This document shows, in pieces, positions 52,029-59,343 of a DNA stretch of 59,343 nucleotides (position 1 is the stretch's first letter; each line of letters starts with the position of its first letter). A program made the position numbers and the translations under genes. Where the stretch lies: the NCBI GenBank assembly GCA_041565275.1, contig JBFGVE010000004.1, positions 1-59,343 of the forward strand. The letters run 5' to 3'. Below the pieces are notes generated by a model. That model was not told the DNA's origin, did not search any database, and saw only the letters and a program-made list of their open reading frames with translations. The DNA is from Bacteroidia bacterium (lineage in GTDB: Bacteria; Bacteroidota; Bacteroidia; J057; JADKCL01).

Positions 52029-52835
52029 GTGCCAATGAAGCTTAGAATTCCCACTTACTCTCTGATCCTGATCATGACTTGTTCACTACTTGGAATGGGT
52101 TCTTGTAAGAACCGAAACGGAGAAGGCAAGGTCAAGAATACAAATGGACCTCAGTCTGGTCTTCAAATTCCGGCTGACTTGGCAGCCAAATACAAAGAGG
52201 ATGCACATCGCCTTGCCGCCCGTGAATACAACACCACATCCCGCAATAGCCAACCCGACATGGGTCTGCCTCAAGACCGGGTTGGTTTCTTTTATGACCT
52301 TTTGACCAAGGTCTACCTGATGTCTGAAAAGGATCCTGAAATCCCCTCGATCCGGGATATCCATACTTTTCCCAATCCACCACTACACAATGTGATGGTA
52401 GTGCTGGAAAAGGATGCTGACTTTTCAAGGAACTGGATCAAAGGTCAGCGAATGACCAGCAACCTGTATCTCAATCAGGTAATGAGCCAAAATGGTCTGC
52501 GGTTAAGTGGATTTCGGGAATCAGGATTGGGTACTACTGGAATTATTTCTTCTCCCAATTATGTTAACACCAAAGATCTGGCTTATATTCTACAAGGTAT
52601 TGATGGCATAAAGGTCGCTGAACCTGACATCGTAGCCGGGGATGGAAACAATATTGAGTGGGGCTCAGAAGGAAAAAACCACATGGCTTTGAAGTTTAGT
52701 AAGGGTGCAGGTGATTGCCCTTCGGGATGCATCTATCGCAAGTATTGGATTTTTTATGTCCAAGATGGAAATATCAGTTATGTGGGAACGAGGGGAGAGC
52801 TTCCCGGTGAGGATGAAATATCTGAGGAAGACTGA
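52029..52835 (+). CDS. Hypothetical lipoprotein
   Basis: Lipobox MGSC and a C-terminal GAGDCPSGCIYRKYWIF motif. Confidence 0.75.
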   Translation: MPMKLRIPTYSLILIMTCSLLGMGSCKNRNGEGKVKNTNGPQSGLQIPADLAAKYKEDAHRLAAREYNTTSRNSQPDMGLPQDRVGFFYDLLTKVYLMSEKDPEIPSIRDIHTFPNPPLHNVMVVLEKDADFSRNWIKGQRMTSNLYLNQVMSQNGLRLSGFRESGLGTTGIISSPNYVNTKDLAYILQGIDGIKVAEPDIVAGDGNNIEWGSEGKNHMALKFSKGAGDCPSGCIYRKYWIFYVQDGNISYVGTRGELPGEDEISEED

Positions 52836-52840
52836 ACTTT

Positions 52841-54358
52841 TTATTTGTCCCAGGGTTCTTCATCCAATTCTTCATCGTTGTCAAATCCTCCTTTTGAGAA
52901 CAGGCCGCTCATCAGGTCCTGGAACTGAAGCCCTCTTTCCAATCGGTTCTTGCCGATCAAGGAGAATTCTGCCATTCCATGCAGTACGAACTCCATCAGG
53001 AAGAGCTGTTCTTCGTCATTGGTTCTGGGGAAGTACCTCTTTACGAGGTCTTTGAGGCCGGGAATGCCATTGAGGACATCTGCGTATTGCTTGTTGCTCA
53101 GGTCTGACATTAGATCTGCTGTGTTCCCACTGCCAAACCACTTGGCAACATGGGTATAGGGACTGTCTTTACCTTTGCGCTTGGCCTGTTCAGGATCAGG
53201 AAAAAATTCAGCGAAGCGGCTTCGGATAGCTTTTCCCAACAAGTTCTGTGCTACGATGGCCGGGCCTTCCTGCTCACCTTCGTACACCAACTCGATCTTG
53301 CCGGTCAGGGAGGGAATAATTCCCCACAGGTCTCCTATCCTTGCATAGACGCTTTCTTCATTGTTGATCAGGGCACGCAATTCCGCGGCGCTGACCAGGT
53401 TTTCAAGGGCCGTGATGGTCAAGCGTGCAGACACTCCCGATTTCTGGTCAACATACTCGCTTTTTCTGGCTTCAACTGAGACCTGCTCTACCAGATCACG
53501 CATCACTTCCGGGATAAATACTCTTTTTTGGGCTTCAGAGCTAATATTGGCTTCTTGTTCTGTAATTTGTCGGGAGATCTCAATCGACTTGGGATAGTGT
53601 GTCAGGATTTGGCTTTCGATCCTGTCTTTCAAGGGAGTGACGATGGAACCTCGGTTGGTATAGTCTTCAGGATTAGCGGTAAATACAAACTGAATATCGA
53701 GTTGAAGCCTCAGTTTAAACCCCCGGATTTGGATGTCCCCTTCCTGGAGGATGTTGAACAATGCAACCTGTATACGTGGCTGAAGGTCTGGCAACTCGTT
53801 GATCACGAAAATAGATCGGTTGGCTCTTGGGATCAATCCAAAGTGGATCACACGCTCATTGGAATAGGCAAGGCGCAGGTTTGCAGCTTTGATCGGGTCT
53901 ACATCTCCGATCAAGTCCGCGACCGAAACATCGGGTGTTGCCAGTTTTTCTGCATAGCGATCCTTCCTGTGGATCCATACGATCAAGGTATCGTCCCCGT
54001 TTTCTGCTATGATGTCTTTTGCTTGACGGCTCAATGGATTGAAGGGGTCATCGTTAAGGTCTGTTCCTGCGATGGCTGGAATGTATTCATCCAATAGGTG
54101 GACCATCATTCGGGCGATTCTGGTTTTGGCTTGCCCCCGAAGACCCAAAAGCAAAACGTTGTGGCGGGAAAGTATCGCACGCTCAAGGTCAGGTATGACC
54201 GTGTCTTCGTAACCGTAAATACCGGGAAATACATCTTCTCCGGCCCGAAGTTTTCGAATCAGATTTTTTCTGAGTTCTTCTTTTATGGAGATCGATTTGT
54301 AACCAGAGGCTTTCAGCGCCCCCAATGTCCCAATGCTGGTGGGTATAGATTCCTGCAT
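52841..54358 (-). CDS. AAA+ ATPase (Mg-chelatase ChlI-like)
   Basis: GLRGQAKT Walker A, INELPDL Walker B-like, and FTANPEDYTNRG. Confidence 0.9.
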   Translation of the reverse strand: MQESIPTSIGTLGALKASGYKSISIKEELRKNLIRKLRAGEDVFPGIYGYEDTVIPDLERAILSRHNVLLLGLRGQAKTRIARMMVHLLDEYIPAIAGTDLNDDPFNPLSRQAKDIIAENGDDTLIVWIHRKDRYAEKLATPDVSVADLIGDVDPIKAANLRLAYSNERVIHFGLIPRANRSIFVINELPDLQPRIQVALFNILQEGDIQIRGFKLRLQLDIQFVFTANPEDYTNRGSIVTPLKDRIESQILTHYPKSIEISRQITEQEANISSEAQKRVFIPEVMRDLVEQVSVEARKSEYVDQKSGVSARLTITALENLVSAAELRALINNEESVYARIGDLWGIIPSLTGKIELVYEGEQEGPAIVAQNLLGKAIRSRFAEFFPDPEQAKRKGKDSPYTHVAKWFGSGNTADLMSDLSNKQYADVLNGIPGLKDLVKRYFPRTNDEEQLFLMEFVLHGMAEFSLIGKNRLERGLQFQDLMSGLFSKGGFDNDEELDEEPWDK

Positions 54359-54454
54359 GCTTTCAAAACTCCAAATTCCTATTTTGGTTTCAAAGAATGC
54401 AGAATTAACAAGCTGTCTACCCGGAGGAAGACAGCTTGTTAGGGTAGGGTTGTT

Positions 54455-56002
54455 TCAGAAATTAAATTCAATTCCCTGGGCCAACGGAAGTTCATCGGAC
54501 CAGTTTAGGGTATTGGTTTGACGGCGCATGTATGCTTTCCAGGAATCTGACCCGGACTCACGTCCACCACCAGTTTCCTTTTCACCACCAAATGCGCCAC
54601 CGATCTCAGCACCACTGGTGCCGATATTGACATTGGCGATCCCACAATCAGAACCCTCATGACTGAGGAACTTCTCAATCTCCTTGATATTTTCGGAGAA
54701 GATGGATGAACTTAAGCCTTGAGGTACATCGTTCTGCTTTTCGATGGCGTCCTGAATGTCTATGTACCGTATAATGTAAAGGATCGGTGCAAATGTCTCT
54801 TCTTGGACGGATGAATAATGATTCATTGCTTCTACCAAGGCAGGAACTACGTATTGGCCATTTTCATAACCTTCACCACTCAGTACTTCACCTCCGAAGA
54901 GGACTTTACCACCTTCTTCTTGGACAATTTCCAAACGACGCTGCATATTGGTAACAGCGTCTTTGTCAATCATAGGACTGATCAAGGTATTTGGGTCGAG
55001 TGGGTGTCCCACGCGGTTGCTCAAAGAAGCATAAGCCTTGATAAGTGTATCTTTTACCTTGTCGTAGATGGAGTCGTGGACGAGGAGCCGGCGGGTGGAA
55101 GTGCAGCGCTGACCACAAGTACCGACCGCTCCGAAAATAATACCTGGAAGTGCAAGTTCAAGGTTAGCATTTGGGGTTAAGATGATAGCGTTGTTGCCAC
55201 CCAGTTCGAGGAGGTATTTCCCAAGGCGTTTGGCTACGGTTTCTGCAACTGCTTTTCCCATACGGGTGGAACCGGTAGCAGATACGAGATCAACATCATG
55301 GTCGGCTGCCATACGCTGGCCAATTGTCCGGTCTCCCACCAGCACATTGAAAACCCCTTCAGGGATGTCGTTGCGCAAAAGGACGCTATGAATGATATTG
55401 GCACAGGCAATTCCTGTCAGTGGTGTTTTTTCAGATGGCTTCCAGACAGAGACATTGCCACATACGGCTGCAATCATAGCGTTCCAGGCCCAGACAGCCA
55501 CAGGGAAGTTAAAGGCGGAAATGATGCCAACAACACCCAATGGATGCCACTGCTCATACATGCGGTGCTTGGGGCGCTCAGAATGCATGGTTAAGCCATA
55601 GAGCTGGCGAGAGAGCCCGACTGCAAAATCACAGATATCGATCATCTCCTGAACTTCTCCCAGGCCTTCCTGGTAGATCTTACCCATCTCCATGGAAACA
55701 AGTTTGCCTAGAGGCTCCTTGAACTTACGCAACTCATCGCCGATCTGGCGAACGATTTCCCCACGTTTGGGAGCTGGTATCATTCGCCAATCTGGAAACG
55801 CTGCTTTCGCCTTGGCCACCACGTGGTCGTACTCGGCATCACCTGCCATTTGTACTGAACCCAGCACCCGGCCATCAGCCGGTGATATGACCGTATGATA
55901 ATCTCCGGCCCCATGACCAGAAGCTAAACCTGTATCCCAACAAGGATTTTGATCTTTGATTTTCAGAAGGTCAAGGAATTCTTCAGTTTTTACTTCGTAC
56001 AT
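54455..56002 (-). CDS. Aldehyde dehydrogenase family 7 (antiquitin/P6C dehydrogenase-like)
   Basis: GEVQEMIDICDFAVGLSRQL, FNFP, LELGGNN, GQRCT and GGGRESGSDSWK motifs. ATG at 56002 is preferred to 56062. Confidence 0.93.
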   Translation of the reverse strand: MYEVKTEEFLDLLKIKDQNPCWDTGLASGHGAGDYHTVISPADGRVLGSVQMAGDAEYDHVVAKAKAAFPDWRMIPAPKRGEIVRQIGDELRKFKEPLGKLVSMEMGKIYQEGLGEVQEMIDICDFAVGLSRQLYGLTMHSERPKHRMYEQWHPLGVVGIISAFNFPVAVWAWNAMIAAVCGNVSVWKPSEKTPLTGIACANIIHSVLLRNDIPEGVFNVLVGDRTIGQRMAADHDVDLVSATGSTRMGKAVAETVAKRLGKYLLELGGNNAIILTPNANLELALPGIIFGAVGTCGQRCTSTRRLLVHDSIYDKVKDTLIKAYASLSNRVGHPLDPNTLISPMIDKDAVTNMQRRLEIVQEEGGKVLFGGEVLSGEGYENGQYVVPALVEAMNHYSSVQEETFAPILYIIRYIDIQDAIEKQNDVPQGLSSSIFSENIKEIEKFLSHEGSDCGIANVNIGTSGAEIGGAFGGEKETGGGRESGSDSWKAYMRRQTNTLNWSDELPLAQGIEFNF

Positions 56003-56033
56003 AATAATTCTTGAATGATGGTTGATCAGATGA

Positions 56034-56609
56034 TTATTCAGCAGATCCGGCTTCGCCTTCAACGATCAGCCCGTCTGCTATAAAGGTTATACGCTCTTCT
56101 GGCTCTGTGATGGCACTGATCTCTTCTTCGGTCGCTTCGTTGTCAGCAGCAAGATGCCTGAGTTCTTCTAAAGAAACAATCTCGCGGTAAGCCCATCCTT
56201 CGACAACAGCAGACTTTCCACTGGAGTTCTTAGGAGCAAAGAATGCATAATCTTTGAACTTGATCATCATTTCAGCTTCATCATTTAGAGGCATGGTTAT
56301 CCAGCAGCCTTTGGCCTGACAACAGGAAGAAATAGTTCCACGTACTTTGGTCCTTACACTGTCCATGTCGGTGAGTTGGGCAATAACTTCGTCCCCGTCT
56401 ATTGCACCCTCGGCTGTGATCTCAGCACCAAATTTTCCAACTGCATCGGGTTCCGGAAACGTTTCTGACTTTTCCTCTGCGTCTGTTTCGTTGATTTCCT
56501 CTGCCGGGGGAACCTCTTCTGTAACGGTCGCTTCAGCAGTGGTTTTGGATGTATCGTCACATGCAAATAGGAAGCTGGCCAAAAAGAATAAAAGGATAAT
56601 TGTTTTCAT
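56034..56609 (-). CDS. DUF4920 family lipoprotein
   Basis: Lipobox LFAC, CQAKGCW, FKDYAFFAP and LRHLAAD motifs. A TAAATTTG box lies on the minus strand at 56635-56642. Confidence 0.9.
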   Translation of the reverse strand: MKTIILLFFLASFLFACDDTSKTTAEATVTEEVPPAEEINETDAEEKSETFPEPDAVGKFGAEITAEGAIDGDEVIAQLTDMDSVRTKVRGTISSCCQAKGCWITMPLNDEAEMMIKFKDYAFFAPKNSSGKSAVVEGWAYREIVSLEELRHLAADNEATEEEISAITEPEERITFIADGLIVEGEAGSAE

Positions 56610-56694
56610 AGAGCCTAATTCTCGTTACGGGGTGCAAATTTAAATAAATAATATTTCACTTCCCTGCGTCTGGAAAGTGCTGCTGCGAGACAAA

Positions 56695-57180
56695 GGAGTC
56701 GGAAGACGGTCGGAGGATAAATTAAGTGAGTTTGAGGGACAGCCCAGTTGTGGTCGGAGTACAACCTGGTTGGAGGTCGGAGTATAGCTCTGTGGTAGTT
56801 TCACCACAGCTCAGTTATGGTCGGAGTACAACCTGGTTGTGTCCAGAGTATAGCTCTGTGGTAGTTCCACCACAGCCCGATTATGGTTGGAGTACAACCC
56901 AGTTGTGTCCAGAGTATAGCTCTGTGGTAGTTTCACCACAGCCCGATTATGGTTGGAGTACAACCTGGTTGTGTCCAGAGTATAGCTCTGCGGTAGTTCC
57001 ACCACAGCTCAGTACGGTTGGCGCTCATCTCCGTTGTCGTCAGAAAATAACCTGTTTGGCACTCGGAGTACAATCCCCTGGTGTCCGTACTATAAATTAG
57101 TTGAGTTCTTAGTATAAAACAGCAATGTCCACAGTACTACCCAAGGGGCCACCGGAACATAACCTGTTATCGCCCGAGAA
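56695..57180. repeat. Non-coding array of about 22 phased, degenerate 22-nt units; the core (56739-57010) is a 66-nt higher-order repeat in about 4 copies
   Basis: Units begin A(C/T)A at 56717, 56739, 56761, 56784, 56806, 56828, 56850, 56872, 56894, 56916, 56938, 56960, 56982, 57004, 57047, 57070, 57092, 57114 and 57159, with weaker units at 56695, 57026 and 57136. Many end in (G)AGT. Confidence 0.9.
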
Positions 57181-57414
57181 TCGATTATTTGACGATGGTT
57201 GAAGATCTCCAACCCAATACCGGGCAGTTTCAATATATTTGATTCTGGATTTTGAAGGAATCAAACCATTAGCTACCAGCAACTTAGTATAATTTCATAC
57301 CCAATTCTATTCTGGAATCCGGAGAATGATGTAACGATACTCTCAACAATATTTGCGAGTTTGATAGAGTAACCCTGTTAACACTCTTTTTTCAACACGT
57401 TAACCTCTACAACC

Positions 57415-58242
57415 ATGAGCACTAATCCAGGGCGGGTCAACCGCCAGTTTTCCGACAATGAGTTGAAGGACATTGCCACAGCAATTGACCTCCTCAATCA
57501 ATCCTTCTCTTTCTCCCGTGGCCTCAGCTCCCGCGACCAACGCCGTCTGGTAAGGATCGGGACCAGCAACAGGAAGTTCGTACAGACCGTCAAACACGCG
57601 GTAGACAATGTCGCGGTACTTCCCGGGTACATCTCCATGACGGAGTTCCAGAACGAGTATGCCATCTTTTTTCAAATTGAAGCTTTGCTTGCTACCCTGA
57701 GAAGCTTTGAAGAGAAGCTGAGGCAAACGCAGTTGGTAGCGGGCAAGCACTTGATGAACGACTGCCTGGATGTGTACAAGACAATGGAATCCGCAGTGAA
57801 CAGGGGCTTTGCAGAAGTTGTCCCCTATTACGAAGAAGCCAAGAAGCGATTTGAAGGCCAGGGACGAAGATCATCCTCCCGGAAGGAAAGTGATCCTGAA
57901 GAGTTATCTCCTGTGGAGCCACCTCCCGCCGATCTGTCAGCTACCGATCCACTTCCAGTCGATTCACCTCTTGGCGAGCCACCTCCTGGCCATCCTTCTT
58001 CTGACGATGCACCCCCTGGCGACCCCAATGGTCCTCCGGTACCCGGACTGCCTGAAAGTACTACTGCCGACCGCCCGGAACCGGGTACCCCTGCTTTGGA
58101 CGGACTTAAACAGCCATTCAGAACGTTCAGCCTATCCGACCACCAATTGCATTCAGGATACGATGCCCACCACAGGGAACAGGCGCAAGACCATGGGTCA
58201 CCTGACTTGCCGCACCAAAAGACAGGGGTTAGAGGTGACTAA
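57415..58242 (+). CDS. Uncharacterised helical protein (about 150-aa core) with Pro-rich tail
   Basis: Core pattern LS..D.RRL..IG....FV......LP......EF..E....L...AG...M...L.VY...A...G....YEEAKKRF. A TATATTTG box lies at 57234-57241. Confidence 0.8.
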   Translation: MSTNPGRVNRQFSDNELKDIATAIDLLNQSFSFSRGLSSRDQRRLVRIGTSNRKFVQTVKHAVDNVAVLPGYISMTEFQNEYAIFFQIEALLATLRSFEEKLRQTQLVAGKHLMNDCLDVYKTMESAVNRGFAEVVPYYEEAKKRFEGQGRRSSSRKESDPEELSPVEPPPADLSATDPLPVDSPLGEPPPGHPSSDDAPPGDPNGPPVPGLPESTTADRPEPGTPALDGLKQPFRTFSLSDHQLHSGYDAHHREQAQDHGSPDLPHQKTGVRGD

Positions 58243-58337
58243 GACAATAGCGGTAATTAAAATTTTAGTAGACTTACAGCGCTGTTTGTCCGGTTTATTC
58301 AAATCTCAGCCCAAGTTTGACAAACCGTATCAAACTC

Positions 58338-58846
58338 GTGTACAAAAGCACATTGTTGCTACTCTTTGTTCTGGCTTCCCCCACCTTGCAAACGCTCTGG
58401 GCCCAGGCCCCTGATTTGTATTGGTACAATGCAAATGGCCAGAAACACCGCTACTGCTCAACGCACCGAACAGATCTTTGACATCTGGCGAGTCTCAACT
58501 TACCTCTGCGAATTTGACGTCATCACTAAAAATGACAGCATACAGGTCAGTTACCATGACAACTGACGGGGGTATCGTGGCCGTCGGATATGAAGATGCA
58601 AATTCGGACTGGATCACCCTCCGGAAATTCAGTCCTTCAGGTACGGTCCTGTGGAGCCGGACCTTCCAGCGTTTTCGAGATAATACAGCATTTGATGTGA
58701 TCGAGACCAATGACGGCGGCCTCGCTTTTGTGGGGAATGTATATGGTGAAACCCCAAACGGTTCTTTTGACTTCTACTTCGTAAAGACCGATTGCGAGGG
58801 AAAATTGAATTGGAATGAGCAGGTCGTCAAAATAACGCATGAATGA
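58338..58846 (+). pseudogene. Frameshifted/internally deleted secreted beta-propeller-repeat protein
   Basis: GTG at 58338 gives the signal peptide MYKSTLLLLFVLASPTLQTLWAQ and stops at 58481. A different frame (58421-58846) carries two TxDGG...G...W blades (DFYFVKTDCEGKLNW). Confidence 0.6.
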
Positions 58847-58911
58847 TCCCAGGTCTAGTTCAGACCAAAAGAAATTAATTGCATTTCAATTTTTATTTTG
58901 TAGAATGGTGT

Positions 58912-59343
58912 ATGGATATCATAGTTACAGGAGCAAGCAGAGGTATCGGATTTGAAACTGTATTACAATTCCTGGAGGACCGCCGCAATAGAGTGCTTGC
59001 ATTGTCCAGGAATTATGATTCACTAAGGCTACTCAAGGAGTCTTATCTAAACATGAACCTTGGAGACAGGGTCCATATCCTTGAATTTGATTTAACAAAC
59101 CCCGATTTCGAAGAACTTGACAAGACCTTGGCCAGTATCAATTTTGACGGGGTCGATGTTCTAGTGAATAATGCAGGTGTATTAATTTCGAATTCTTTTG
59201 AAAGATCAAGTGTTAAGGAATGGAAAACAACATTTGATGTAAATGTTTTTGGGCCTTTTGCACTCACTAAGCACTTGTTGTCCTACCTGAAGAAGTCACC
59301 AGGAGGGCATGTTGTTAATATTGGCAGTATGGGAGGGCTTCAA
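58912..59343 (+). CDS. Short-chain dehydrogenase/reductase, partial at the window edge
   Basis: Not in the ORF track. Reads MDIIVTGASRGIGFE...DVLVNNAG...FDVNVFG...VVNIGSMGG and is open to the end of the window. Confidence 0.92.
   Translation, partial: MDIIVTGASRGIGFETVLQFLEDRRNRVLALSRNYDSLRLLKESYLNMNLGDRVHILEFDLTNPDFEELDKTLASINFDGVDVLVNNAGVLISNSFERSSVKEWKTTFDVNVFGPFALTKHLLSYLKKSPGGHVVNIGSMGGLQ

Noticed and set aside
56739-57010. CRISPR array interpretation of the 66-nt repeat
   Set aside because: The period is CRISPR-like and there is a hairpin, but the would-be spacers are near-identical and are themselves 22-nt units. No cas genes are present in the window.
56726-57100. ORFs 56726-57100 (+) and 56811-57005 (-) as proteins
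   Set aside because: They are open only because 66 is divisible by 3. The underlying 22-nt period, a 1-nt register shift in the first copy and array extension beyond both ORFs argue for non-coding DNA.
56695-57180. Plasmid or phage iteron origin
   Set aside because: The unit length fits, but the units are too divergent and no recognisable Rep, ParA or integrase gene is nearby. Kept only as an analogy.
57809-58414. 201-aa alternative-frame ORF overlapping the array-adjacent gene
   Set aside because: Shadow of the Pro-rich tract, with no motif support.
451-59267. Numerous 60-190-aa ORFs antisense to or nested in long genes
   Set aside because: They overlap well-supported CDSs and lack recognisable motifs.
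1-59343. tRNA, rRNA, riboswitch, reverse transcriptase, cas or known defence genes
   Set aside because: None recognised by eye. A covariance-model or HMM scan would be needed to exclude them formally.

Overview
This is a Bacteroidota chromosomal segment, judged from porV, sprA, T9SS cargo proteins and TAnnTTTG promoter boxes. Most of it is ordinary: porV, an Omp85 protein, a TPR-comA pair, an RND efflux trio, GH113, a TIGR04282/rhodanese pair, an lpxL-like gene, ybaB, GT2, an RRM protein, two DUF1573 genes, maeB-ruvA-sprA-gcvH, two T9SS-CTD proteins, MFS, an AAA+ ATPase, ALDH7, DUF4920 and a partial SDR. Several features are missed or misread by the ORF track. These are an IS3-type end at the left edge, a truncated eCIS/DUF4157-type leader gene, an orphan Imm49-like gene between ruvA and sprA, and two decayed genes. 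The most unusual feature is a ~490-nt non-coding array of about 22 strictly phased, degenerate 22-nt units (56695-57180). Its core was recently amplified as a 3x22 = 66-nt higher-order repeat carrying a palindrome and a hairpin, and it lies just upstream of an uncharacterised helical protein gene (57415-58242). All family calls come from motif recognition by eye; no searches were run.
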